From NCBI RefSeq assembly GCF_964204865.1, contig NC_135253.1, forward strand, positions 6,944,001 to 7,008,000: 64,000 nucleotides of DNA. Reading direction: 5' to 3'. Source of the stretch: Styela clava (Eukaryota). Shown piece by piece: positions 26,180-39,639 of the stretch. Both the position numbers and the translations under genes were made by a program. Position 1 is the stretch's first letter, and each line of letters begins with the position of its first letter. The notes under the pieces are model-generated. The model did no database searches. It was given only the letters and a program-made list of their open reading frames with translations, and had not been told where the DNA came from.

Positions 26180-27753
26180 CTTCTCATTGTCGATGCGTCA
26201 GAAAAAGGAATCCTGAGGAGGAATTGAATATGATTAATTATATCTGATTACATGGTATCTTAGACAAATAAATATACATCACTTCAAAAATGCCATTTAT
26301 TCGAGTTGATAGAAAAATATCGTTTAAATTAAAGTTCGAATACGCCATAAATTGAATGTTCCTATGTTGAATAATGGGAGGAATAAATATAGGAAAATTC
26401 GAATATTTGTCTCTATGGAATTTCATGGGCTTGCAGATAAATTTTACTTGCAAACTAATGGATGTTATGAAAGCGAACAAATGCTTATTCATCTTTGAAG
26501 AGAAAGGAAACAATAAATAAATCATAACTGCCTGTCGATCAGACATCGAGTAATTTGAACTTTAGTTATTATGACGTTATCTGTGGTACGAGGTACGAGG
26601 TAGGTAACCTTTGTAAACAGACAAATATAGGAGTTGGGCTGTTTCGTAGCCCCAGGATTCATCAACATTTATCAGATCGAACGCGCATTTTTAAAATGGA
26701 CCTTATAATCAGGTGTCATAATCAAGTGTGGTGTCAATTTGGAGATCAAATGAAAAGATGTACAACTGTACTTATCAGGTTACCAAGTCAGACAGTTACT
26801 AGCATTAGTAATTTAAAACAACGGAAATAACTCAATTATATAATTTTGTACAAAGCAGAATGCATAATATGCTCTGGGTTCGTAACGTTTTGAAATATTG
26901 TACACGTAAAATACTTGCAAGCGTGACTGTCTGGTTATAGAAATTTTATTTTAGTATTATTTACTTAAGTCTAATTGACAAATATAAAAAAGAGAACATT
27001 GATATTCACTACTCTTGTGTGTGGATAAGCGAAAAAATCTAATGATCTGATGCGTGTAATATACTACTGTATATATTTAAGAAGTAATTATATCAAACAA
27101 CTATACCACATAATTGCGAAACTATCTTTTGTATAGTGCTGTTGTACTTTTTGATTACAATATATTTTTAGTTAAACTCATATGAACGATCAAATGTGTA
27201 CTTGCTTTGAACGAAATGTCAAATTAAAGGAATGTGATTACATTTTGAAGAGTACGAGTAAACCAAATTACCATACCTCATGCTGCTATTTGCATATAAA
27301 TATATGTATACTGTATTATTACAGTACGTAAGTAATGATACTAGCCTCGCTGTAAGCCTAATATTAGCCTAATAATCCCCCGAACTTGTATTATTATATT
27401 GTCCTTGATCAATATATCAAGCATTGATTTTATTAATGCATAATCAAACTGAAGAAGATGCTTGTTTCAAACTCACTCGAAAACAATTGATGGGACGCTA
27501 CAGATGTTAAAACTATTTGAATATTTTCACGATTTTCGTATTGAAGAGAACGTTGAGTGATATTTTTAGTTTGATTATAAATGATATTAAATTTCAATTT
27601 GATAAATCAAATAATGAAAAAATTATATTTAATTTTGTACAACTTTCAACTTATTTGATTAAATTATACTTCATTTGTTGTGAATTCTTTGCTCACGTGT
27701 ACTGTATAATAACTTGTAACAAATATGCGTTATGAATACAGATATTAGCTCTA

Positions 27754-29702
27754 ATGTCGAGACTAAACGGAAACGCATGGATAGTATGTGCCGTTTTGTT
27801 ATATCTTATGTTTCCTACAACAACAAAAGCTGGTGAGTCGAGCATTCATTCTAATCTTTATTTCTCTTTACTGTGCGAGCACGATTTTTGTCATGCTCAA
27901 TCTTCAGAGTGCCTAAAATGCCTATAGTTTTGATTGGAATCATGTTGTTAAATATCCAACAATAAGCTAACCTACGTTCCTAAAACAAAAAAGTTTGAAT
28001 GTTTCATGTAGCACATTTTCACATTTTTTAATAAATATATACAATAAACCTCATTATACTAGTCTAAAGCAGCGGTTACCAAACTATGGGTCGCGACCCA
28101 CTGGTGGGTCGCAAAAAGAATTTTAGTGGGTCGTGAAAAGATGTAGAAAGCTTTGATTAATAATACTGGAGATTAGGATCGGTATACGTAAATCGACTCG
28201 AATACGTAAATCTTCAAAAAAACATAAATTGAATATAAATTCTAATCTGTGAAAGTTTCCGTCTTACGATCTTCTCAAAGGAACAAAAATTTGCTATACA
28301 AAGAATGACCATGTGGCTTTTTTACGCATAGTAGTTTTGTACACGGTACAGCACTTTTTACCGTGTTTCCCCGAAATTTAGACAGGATTTAGATTTATTT
28401 TTGAAGAATAACACTATGTTTTATTTTGGAAGAGGTCTTTTGTGTTCATTTATCAAAAATAAAATTACACTGTAGAAAATCACGAGATTTTTAATAAACA
28501 TTATATAAAAAGCACATTTTAAATTTATTTTAGGGATATGGTTTAATTATAATCATTTTTAAAATTCAAATTAGGTCTTATTTTCAGGCCAGGTCTTATT
28601 TTCGAGGAAACACGGTAGTTTTGCGATGATTAGTCATTATTGTGTTCTGTGTTATGTCATCAAAAGTTAAATGGGTCGCCATAAGCTGTGGTAATAAAAA
28701 GTGGGTCCCAACTCTTAAAAGTTCGGGAACCACTGGTCTAGAGTATTTCAAATTTCCTATCATCTTTCATTCGTTACCATTATTCGGCATCGTCGGCATT
28801 ATTCGGAACTGCAATCTGTAGGCAAGCTCTATAGATAATAACTGCAAAAAATATTAGTTTTTTTGTAATATTACACTTTAAAAGTACCATTTGATTGTTC
28901 ACAAAAGTGACTACCAGATTGAAAATAATACAGTTAATTTGCATTATCAGGCTGGTGGTGTTCAATCTTCGAAAACAAATGTGATGAAGTTCCTAAAATA
29001 TGTGAAAGTTGCGGATTTATAAATATAATAGGTATATTTGCACTTTTTATGTACTGAAGTTATTTCTATTTCTATTTCTGGTTAAATGTTATAACACAAC
29101 AACCCGTTATGGTACGAAAATTGTCTGATACCTCACTGCATTAAAAAAAACATACTAATCTGACCTTAATCGGCTAGATTGCTGTATGTCATTGCAATAA
29201 GGAATAAATACATCTTAGTATTAATTCTTGTAAATAAAATTATTCATTTTTTGCTCACCTACAATTACTAATATATTCTATAATTCATTTAAATGAGTCT
29301 TAAAATACTGCATAAAAATATCCGACGTTTTTATTCATCACAGCTTTATATTTATATGACTTCTGCGATTTAAAATTATAAACTATTCAAGATATTTTTA
29401 CCACATATATAATCATATACACAACAAGTCATAGAGGTTTGGTATCTTTTCGCTTAAATAGGTGCTCCGCATTGACCCGTTACAAAAGTAATACGGAAAA
29501 ATATTTTTTTAAAGACTGCTCAGACTTTGACTGCACTGACAAAAAAGAAAGTGGGTTTTGTAACGGCTATTTCGGACGATATTATTATGACGAGAAAGAC
29601 AAACAGTGCAAAGACTTTATATATGGAGGATGTCTAGGAACTAAGAATCGTTTCAAAACGAAAAAAGATTGTGAGAAATGTTGCGTGATCAAAGACGATT
29701 GA
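27754..29702 (+). CDS. KuB: secreted Kunitz protein with N-terminal 4-Cys segment (P1 Asn)
   Basis: Exons 27754-27832 (MSRLNGNAWIVCAVLLYLMFPTTTKA), 28951-29031 (GWWCSIFENKCDEVPKICESCGFINII) and 29515-29702 (DCSDFDCTDKKESGFCNGYFGRYYY...YGGCLGTKNRFKTKKDCEKCCVIKDD*). Introns are phase 1. Confidence 0.82.
28070..28735. mobile_element. hAT (Buster/Charlie-type) MITE in KuB intron 1, with a nested element
   Basis: TIRs CAGCGGTTACCAAACT / AGTTCGGGAACCACTG, TSD GTCTAAAG / GTCTAGAG. A second copy lies at 61437-62229. Confidence 0.85.
28361..28615. mobile_element. Nested Tc1/mariner-superfamily (Tc2/pogo-like) MITE
   Basis: TA-CCGTGTTTCCCCGAAA ... TTTCGAGGAAACACGG-TA, with repeated AGGTCTTATTTT subterminal motifs. 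Confidence 0.8.
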
Positions 29703-30756
29703 GTAAGTTCAGATTCATGTTATTCTACCACATGATTCTCCCACCAGGTTCGGTCTTACTCTACATTCACAGCAGTTTTTTTAATACTACTAGTAATTGC
29801 CATCTAAGAAAAAACAAATGCTTTTTGAGGCTAATATTTGTTACAAATTTTGGATTACCTGCATTCTTAACATTATCAAATTGGCATGAATGATTATAAC
29901 GTTGATTTTATTTGCTCTAGTTATCACAATATATTAGTAAATATCTCGACAGGCTCACAAAATGGCTATAAGTAGGCCTAATTGATTTGGAAATGTATCG
30001 AGTTTAAGTCGATTTTGACGGATGTTTTTTTGCAACGAGGCGTCCAACTGCAAATACAACTTAGATGTCGCGATGCACAAATTATATACACATACATCTG
30101 TACATGTAGTAGAAGTAAAACTATCTATCTGGGAGATGGTGAAATTATTATTTTTCAATTACAGGTGTGTTGAAAAATATGGAAATCTTTTTGACTAACC
30201 CTGACCGATGAACATTTGATGTTCATGATGAACAACAACTGATGCACAAGCCGATACAAAATATTTCATGATTCTATGGTGTTTTTTTTTATTTTATTTC
30301 TATTCTTACTATAAAGTTGCATGTTAAATAAAAAATACAATCAATGGCATTTTCATGCGTTATAATATGAATTGTAGTGATTCGCTGAGTAAGAGACAGA
30401 AGGTATTCTAGTTTGTGCAATAACTGTGTTAACAGCTAAATTCACGCTAATAGCACGTCGTGAAAGCTTTTTTAAACAGGTCATTTATCATGATCTCTGG
30501 GCATAGCTGATACAACAATTAGGCGCAAAATTAACAACATGACTTCATTTGAGAGTTCAACTAAACACTCGTTATAAAACATGCCCGGAAGAATAAATTT
30601 CTTCTATTGTTACAAAAATATATAAACACTGCCGAGATAACGACTCTTCGCGACACTGCTTCAAGACAGGCCATTTTTATATATTTATAATATTTAAATG
30701 TACATATATATAAAAAATTATTGAATGTGTATAAATCTTTCTATATTTGTAATCTG

Positions 30757-31869
30757 TTACGGGCATTCTTTTTTGCATTTTTCTTCAGTCTCAAAGTTAT
30801 TGTTGTTTCCCTCGCAACCTCCGTAAGTAAATTTTTCACATTCACAAGTTTCTTTGTTGAAGTACCATCTTTCGAACGCCGCATCGCATGGTCCCGGATC
30901 AGCTGACTTATAGCATTTTGCTGAAATCCCATAAATAACATATTTAATTGCATTTGGCAATTACATTACGGGGGCTACTATGTCATGAATATCGTAAATC
31001 AAAATGAAAATTCTTTGCTTTACTTTTATTCAATATTATTGAAGATTTTACAAAATAATTCGTAAATGTGGTGGAAGCGATTATCGTGAAATGATGGCGG
31101 AAACTGAAGGAACTTCAACTACATGAAAATTTGAACATAACACATATCAATGGCATATATTTTATTCGGAAATTAATTTTAAAACATCTATCAAAATCAG
31201 TATAGCATAATATGATACAAAATTAAAATATTTTAGAACTTACCTTGACATAGGTACGGGCAAATCCAAGGTTCCAGAAATAGGAAACAAAGATATTGTG
31301 TGCGACAGACTGCAATATTGAAAAATAAAATAGGATCATACAGCTTAAAATATTAGTATTTTTTTACCTATTTTTTCTTCAATATGTGAGATGCTCTGTT
31401 TTCATTTATATTAAAAAAAAAAATTAGAAATCTAGAAGCAAATAACTTTTTTATTGGTAGATCGTGTAGAATGCAGGCAGTAATAAATCCGATATATCCA
31501 ATATTAAAAAAAATCTGCACAAAAACGTGATCAATTTTTAATATTAGTTCACGACTTTCTCACTAATAAAGTTAACTGATTATGCGTGGTTTATACACGG
31601 ATCATATTCATAATAAAATAATACGAAATATTTTATTTTATTAACCAGCAGTAAAATAATATGATCGTTTCGTTTGACTTAAATACTTCGAACAGTCAAA
31701 AAATGCGGAACAATACATGTCAAGATTTAGTACATTGGTCTTGAAGTTTCAAAGATGATGAATATCACTTACTTTTACATTGAAAATCTTTAATGTTAAA
31801 CGTCGCTCCCGTAGACTGACCTACAATCATTAACAGAACTATGAAGCTTGTGAATTTCCTCACTTCCAT
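30757..31869 (-). CDS. KuC: secreted mini-Cys-module + Kunitz protein (P1 Asp)
   Basis: Exons 31869-31773 (MEVRKFTSFIVLLMIVGQSTGATFNIKDFQCK), 31309-31244 (ICRTQYLCFLFLEPWICPYLCQ) and 30920-30757 (AKCYKSADPGPCDAAFERWYFNKETCECEKFTYGGCEGNNNNF...CKKECP*). Introns are GT-AG, phase 1. Confidence 0.88.
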
Positions 31870-33003
31870 ACTTTGAACGTTTCTTTAAAAACTAGTATTC
31901 TCTACCTATTTTATTTAAAATATATTTTAAGAAGGGGTTTATAACAAGGCTTCCCGTTCCTAATATTACAATATTGATGACTCAAAGAAATTCCGGTAAT
32001 ATGGACTCAGAGTCGTCCATTGTCACTGCTCTGCAAATAACTGACGCTCCCATGCTGTTTCTTGTCAAGCTAACTTTTCTGTTAGGTGCCACTTTGCGCC
32101 ATATATTTGTTCCTCCGGGCAAAATACCTAGGTTGCTAAAATCAGACTTTCGTCACCTGGTACCATCGCTCACGGAAGCAAGTTAATGAGAAACAGTTGG
32201 CTATACTTTATCTCACCTGAATGAACTTATTTGAACCCACGTGTATGTATTTATATATATCGATGGCCCATTCAGCTAAAAAATGCTTTAGAAATAAATT
32301 GGCCAAAAGGTCTATATCAAAGTCTAAAGAGCTTATGGATTGTTTTGCAAAATTATTATTGTTGACGTTATTCGTGCTAGGATTGTTGTTGTTGTTGTAA
32401 AAAGTTGCATTTCAGCAAATAATGCAACAATCAGTTTCAATTTTCCTGTACTTCAAGATGAAAAAAGTCGTTCGAAGGCTATTTATTTTATTTTATGTCA
32501 AAATTGTGAATGTAGCCCAATATTCAAGTAGAATTATTTTTAAATCTTGTGTATATTGCATCACCACGTGGTCGTCTATTTTTTCTGCAAACTCAGTCTT
32601 TATCTATGGCTTTACAGGCATTGATGTAGCTTCAGAGGTTTAACGGGGAATAGCTGATTTTTTGACTCATATTAGTCAATTGACTTTCGTGTCCATAAAT
32701 AATGAGCATTTCGTTCCAGTCAGAATATAGTGACCATTGATTGATTGCCTTGTTGTTTTTGGTCACACAGGCTGGTTAGCTTATCCGGATATGAAAGGCA
32801 TTTGGAATGTTTTAGACGCAAAGTTTGTTTTGCAAAACTGTTGTTTTTGTCATTCTTCTTAGGGTTGTTGTTGTAAAAATTGCATTTCCACAAAAATTGA
32901 AAATTTAATTTCAAATAAAAGAAGTCAGAAGTGACACTTGGTAATTCAATTTTATCTGACCACTTCTAAAAATCCTTTTGTCTGAGAAACCGAATAACAA
33001 TAA

Positions 33004-33305
33004 AACAAGAATATCGGTCGGATATCGAAGACTTATCGATCGAAACTGCGGTTTTGATTCATGACTCTATATTGACACCGCGTGTCTCATCACTAATTAT
33101 TTATTAACTCGCTAATTATACTACATAATTCATCCAAAATCAATAGGGTCTAATCTGGTCGGAGATATGATAAATGCACATGCAAAATTTGGAGCAGATT
33201 GAATCTCGCCCTCGTGAGATATCGCATTCATCTAACAGACAAACAAACAGACAGACAGACAAATACCTATCAACATACTTACCGATCTTAAGATCGATAA
33301 GTAAT
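33004..33305. mobile_element. HINE/DINE-1-like element, copy 2
   Basis: Begins AACAAGAATATCGG. Has subterminal ACTTATCGATC, an (ACAG/ACAA)n microsatellite at ~33235-33262 and the terminal stem-loop ACTTACCGATCTTAAGATCGATAAGT. Confidence 0.65.
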
Positions 33306-33637
33306 AACTTCATAATCATCACGAACAGAGTAAATGTACCAGAGTGAACGATCAGTTGGGCCAATTGAAATGCAATTTTTTCCTAAATATAATATTTTTT
33401 TTGATTTTGCAGTAATTTTGTTTATAAGATTAAAATAAAAAAATAGTCAGTTTGACATCCGGCAGGCATGTGATGGTTTTAATTTAATACATTGTTGTTA
33501 AAAATAATTCATAATGCACCGCCTTATGGGTTTCCTGTCAGATCGATTTCCGAGAGCAAATTGTAAGTAAACTGCAATTCACTGTACTGCTATCACCATC
33601 ATTATCACTAATTTATACGTTTTTTCATTACTTAGAC

Positions 33638-34407
33638 CAGCGTTTCCCAAACTGTGTTCCCCGGAACACTAGTGTTCCGCGAGCGTCTTCGAAGTGTTCC
33701 GTGAATAAGGAATCAAAAACACGTCCAAAATGGTCGCCATGGGAATCTAAGGAACGTGAATTGTCGCCCAACTGACCGTTCGATATTGCAACTAGGGTGG
33801 GGTAGTGGCATTTTCGCTAACCGTCGGCCTAGCTTTTTGACTTTTAAGTTCATCATCAAGTTTACAACAATTCTGTTGGTTTTGCTATAGGCGAACAAAT
33901 AGGTGTATAGAATAAAGACAAAAGGTCAACTCTTCTTCCTCCATCTCTGCCTGATTTTACATTGAAATTCTGAAAAAATCACTCATTTTCGCTAAATTCT
34001 ATTCAGTAGATAAATAAACTGCAGGTCAGCAGCTGACGAAAGTTGGGCAAGTACTTCTATCTTCATTAGATGTATCATTAGAGGCAAACACTACGTAATG
34101 GGAAGTAAACGACATAGAATGGTAAAATGAATAAATTGATTCATATACGCAGCACTTGAATTAAGAAACAATAAAACATTTATATATAATAAATGCAATA
34201 TGTAAAATATTCAATCATATTCAGGTATGTTTAAAACAATGTTATTAGTTTTCGCGGCGCATTTGGCAACCTGCCACGAGAACCCATTGGGAACCGCTAC
34301 ATTACACCGTTTTTCTTTATAAATTTGACTCTTACATTCTTTGGTGTTCCGCGTGGCGATATAAAAAGCGTAAGTGTTCCGTGGCCGAAAAAGTTTGGGA
34401 AACGCTG
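33638..34407. mobile_element. hAT (Buster/Charlie-type) MITE, probably recent
   Basis: Perfect 16-bp TIR CAGCGTTTCCCAAACT and perfect 8-bp TSD ACTTAGAC (33630-33637, 34408-34415). Confidence 0.9.
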
Positions 34408-35069
34408 ACTTAGACTATAAATTTATCTGTGAAACTTTGAATACATTTTGCAAATCGTATTTTTGATTAAATTCGAGTTTTCCATACGAAATATACTTGG
34501 ATATTTATTTTGAGACAGCAGTAGCCTATATCCAAATCGCGAATTGAAAAATTTCTCATACGTCTGGATGCACTCAAGTAAATATTTCAACTAAACCAGT
34601 GGATTTCATACAAAACTGTATTAGTGCAAAGTTTCACAATAAAATGTGGTACATATTTTTGACCATTTTCACGAAGTTACTGCCAGCATCACTGAAATGG
34701 ACACTGTAAAGTTGTAACATCGTAAAGTTGTCCCCACTTTTATTTTTAAATTCCAAATTTTCGCATAATTTCCCGATATTATACCTCAAAACACTCGGAT
34801 TCAAACATGCAAAGATTCAAATTTTTTTTCCAAATAATATATACACATATTTGAAAATAGAGAAATTAGACAAATTGAATTATCTATCTACAACAATATG
34901 TACAGTACAATAAGCAAAATATCACATTTACCCTTTTTCAAAATTTGTTCCGATTAACTTTTATTCAAACAATAATATTTGTCTGCATTCACTGTCTTCT
35001 TATCAAAAATTTTAATTTAACTTGTAGGTAAAATTTTTGGAAGAGTAGTTTAACAAATATGCAACAAAT

Positions 35070-36223
35070 TTATGGGCAAGCTTTCATGCACTCTTCTTCT
35101 GTCTCGAAATTATTGTCGTTTCCCTCACATCCGCCATATGTGAACGTTTCACATTTGCATGTTTCTTTATTAAAATACCATCTTTCAATTGCAGCTTCGC
35201 ATGGGCCCATCTTTGCTGGTTCATAGCATTTTTCTAAAGATGTAAAATAATATTCATGTAAAATGTTATTTTTAATTTTTTGATTCAACTAAGAAATATT
35301 CTGATGCAATATAGGAAAAATATTATCGTCTACAAATAGAGTATGAAAACTCTATATATGAAATAACTAATTAACTTTGAGATAAAATATGAAAAAACGT
35401 GTACAGATACAAAGAAAATTAATATTCTAATTTCTTTGCCAATTGGTATTAAATTGGTTTAATAAAATATTTACATGTCCTATCATTTTCTTACAAACTG
35501 AAACTTTGTATGTTTTTTTAAATATTTATTAAAAATAAGTACTATTCTGAACAAATTCAAATTTTTTCAACAAATTCAAAACTTACCTTTGCATAAATAA
35601 AAACAGAGATATGGATCCAGAAGCAAGAAGCACAAATATTTTACGCGACAGACTGCAAAAATTATAATTGTGGTTATTCATTTTACGTAGGATTGCACAA
35701 CAATAGTTGCTTTTATTTTTCCCAAATTTGCTTTGAGATATAATCTGTTTTGTATCCAATATAAAAACATTCCAATCCAAAATTGAATTAATCTTCCATT
35801 AAAAAAACATGTAGAATGAAAGCCTTCTAATTCACAAATTTTACCGGAGCCGAATATTATGTTTCATTGAATTTATACACGGAGCTGTATGTTTAATTTA
35901 TGTTCATTTGTGGGTGGTCGGTTTGTAAAGCCAACCTGTTAAACACTGTATGGTATTGAATGACAAAAAAGTAATACGACTAATTTAGTTGAACGAATAA
36001 TATTTTGTGATATTCTCGTTTGACTTAATACTTTTAGCAATAAGTAGATGCAACAATATTATGTTTGGAAATAATAGGTGCGTCTTGGAGTTTCAAAAGA
36101 TAATTATGGTTGCTTACTTTTACATTTAAGTTCATCAATGTTTAACTCCGCTTCCAAAGAATGACCTACAAGCATCAGCAGGAATATGCAACATACAATC
36201 TTCTTATTTTTCAAACTTTCCAT
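35070..36223 (-). CDS. KuD: paralog of KuC, mini-Cys-module + Kunitz (P1 Glu)
   Basis: Exons 36223-36118 (MESLKNKKIVCCIFLLMLVGHSLEAELNIDELKCK), 35652-35587 (ICRVKYLCFLLLDPYLCFYLCK) and 35233-35070 (EKCYEPAKMGPCEAAIERWYFNKETCKCETFTYGGCEGNDNNF...CMKACP*). Exons 2 and 3 are the same sizes as in KuC (66 and 164 nt). Confidence 0.88.
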
Positions 36224-39200
36224 GCTTTGAATGTTTGTTCTACCTTTATACTATGTTAGTATTTAAGCTACAATGAGGCTATTAGAAATCATTGAAAAAA
36301 TCTTTTACGACAAAGAAGGGACGTAAGATTGCCATAGCCCTAGTCACAATAAAGATATACGGGTAAAGTTGTTTAATGCGGCCCAGAGTACATTAAAACT
36401 GCTCAGCAACTAACTTAAGCTCAAGCGCTATTGCTTGTGATTTTGAGACATCATTGCGATTTCTTATATTTTGGAACCCTCATTTCTATGTGCCATTTTG
36501 TGCCATTTATTTGTCCCTTCAGGCAAAATACCTACACTGCTAAAAATAAATTTTCTCACAACTTGTACCATGCGATTAGCTCACGCAAGCACGTGTTGAA
36601 ATGGTTGCAATATAATATTTGTAGTACAAATAACTTGAATTACCATGTTACCACATTCATTTTCTTGAATGTTTAAATTACACAATATGCTAGGAATTGA
36701 CTTATGGATTGTTTTGCAAAATTTTTATTGTTGGTATTGCTCTTGTAAGGTTGTTGCTGAAAATAATTCATTTAATTTCATACTATTAGTATTTATAAAT
36801 AGGAAAGTCGCTAGAACGCCATAAATAATGTATGTTATATTGAGCACATACAAATATAAGCTTCTAATATTTATATAAAAATATAATTTTCAAGACAAAA
36901 AAATTGTCAAGTTATCAACATTTCATTGAGCTAAATCATGTCATAACTCAAACACATAACACATTTAGTTATATTATTCTTCTACAGCAAACCAATCGAC
37001 CAAAAACGAAGTCAACAATATAATTTTATAACGTAACCTACTAGAGCGAGGGCTATTTGAGGCAATTATAAATAAAAGTAATTTTCTTATAATCCTGAGT
37101 AAATGCTGATTTTACGAAAAATTGCTGGCATTAGCTGATAAAGTAAGTATGTTTATAAATGTGTGAAAATTATCAGTCAGCAAGTTCAATTTAGTAAATC
37201 GCGTTTTTCGGTATAGATTCACAACAAGGTTTTTCCAGGCCGGATGATTTTCGTGGGAAATTGTTGGCAAATTTCGGCTTCTTGTACTACATATTATGCC
37301 TTATATGAAGGTGGCAATTTCAAACGACAACGGGTTCTTTATAAGTGTTCTATTAATTCGAAAGTTCCTCAGTGTAAACGCAAACTTCCGCGTCGTGAGT
37401 ATTTGCTCGGAATACCTACAATTAAATGGATTTAAACATGCATGAGTATGCAAAATTATATCATGTAACATTATTTAAAAAGAAGTAATTTCAGAGGGTA
37501 TTATTTGTCAGATTTCAACCTATATTGAGAAATTTTATTTCGCGGAAATAACCACTTTAATGTGTAGTTAAGATTTTTATAGGATTTAGTTATTAAGTTT
37601 AAAATGACGTATTAAAGAATTTACGTTAATAGTACTAGATTAACATGACCATAAATTATCAAGCATTTAACTCTTTAAAAATCGTAGTTGGACATATTGT
37701 ACCCGTGTAAATATTTAAAGGAGCACCTAAATCGGCACTTAAATGTCTCCAAATTACATGGTTCGGTGGACTAACCAACAAGCAAACGCAGTAGAAGACA
37801 AGGAAAGCGAAGTTCAAATTTGGTAAAATGCCCATATTAGAGTTGTCCTAAACGCTAAACCTGTGTCTCAATTTTATTTACCGTAAGTATAAATCAATTT
37901 ACTATCAATCGAATATGCATTTTAGTAATATTTATGTATATAACTCTGTATATCTGTATATTTAATCAATTAATCAACCTTGTGCTCTAAAGTTAGGCCG
38001 TGATATAATTATTCGTATAAATATCAGATAGAAGCTAATATTCACAGGTGCCATTGCGTACCAATGAACTTCGTATCTACTACCTTCAGGCAAAATGCAA
38101 CAATGCTGGTACGAAACTGATCATAGTTGAATGTACTTTACATCAAGCATATTCTAACAGAGGCCTAATCATAAATCATTTATGACTGAAATGTTAAAAA
38201 AAAATCATTTCATATCAGGCCATATATATATATATATATATGTCCATTAGTGGTGCTATTCATTTTAGGCGTTTACAAGACGTTGTTATCTTAAATAAAC
38301 CATCGATTGTGTCTCAGAAAATTATATAAACATAGAGGATGTTTTTTCATTGTAAATTATTTTGAAAGGGGCTAAATACTATTATAATTAAGAAAAAAAT
38401 ATGCAGAAAAGTGACATCATAACCAATGCAATAAAATCTTTTATTAAATACCAAAGTATTCAATAAATATTTATTTTCTAAACTATATTGTTACACCACT
38501 GACATATATAGGTTATATAAGAAATGGTATTTTGATTTTAAAGGTCGTTTTGTCAAATTAGGTCGTTGCAAACAAATAATTGTTTTTGTCTAAGAAACAT
38601 TGTCAAACTACTTTGTTGATTTCCGTTTTGTTCACGAATAAAATTTATTTGTTTACATTCAAACTGCAAACCTCGAAAACCCGAACAAAATTGAATTTAT
38701 AGGTGGAAGACTAACTTTTTCTCCATATAGAGATTTATACAAACAGCCATTTGGGGTGAAGATAACCACCATAAGTTTGGTGCGGTATAATCTGTCCGGA
38801 TGTTAAATGAATTGAAAAGCTGATGGGCCAAATAATACCTTAATTAGAATTAGGAGTGAAAGTAGATTTAATTGACGTTATCGGCACTATAACTGATCAT
38901 CTCACGGTCCAGGACTGCATGGATGTATAGGTGAGCAGGCATAACTTCAATCAGTGCATCGCCATACTTTTTGAAACGTGATAAGCTGAATTAAATGACG
39001 ACACATTTTTAGTGATTTTATTGCTTCTATAACTCTAATAAAATGCAGAAATATACATTAAACTAATATTGTCGGTGTCAGAACAAAATCTTCAATCGGC
39101 CGTGTCTGTTAGTGGGTGGAGTCAGGTCCCAGGTTCACACTGAAATAAAAAAAAAGACATCAGGATTAATATGTTTTTATGTTACACAGATTTTAATTCG

Positions 39201-39639
39201 GAGTAACTGAATTTTAATTTGTGTGAAAAGCTCCAATAGAAAAGGGAAGAAAATTCAAACATAAAAATCAAATAGTACTACTTTGCTAATGATACCACGT
39301 AGTTAGCGGCGGTGACCGCCGTAAACTCTTATGTTTGGAACAAGAGAGCTATGCTTAAATATATGGACACAAAAATAATTGCTTTTGTAGGGGCCGACGA
39401 ATCATATTTGCTTCCGTCGGAAAAATTTAAATTTGAGCTTATACTTTGCTCTCATGCAAAACTTTCTATAAGATCTCTCTAGATAATTCACGAAAAACTT
39501 TCAATTGTAGATTATTAGAGCGTACTTTCTTAAGTTCACATTGTAAAACTATGAATTCAACATTATTAACAGTAATGAAACATATTAAATAAACCAAATA
39601 TTTGAATTGCAAAACATACCTTGCAGCATTCGATGTCTT

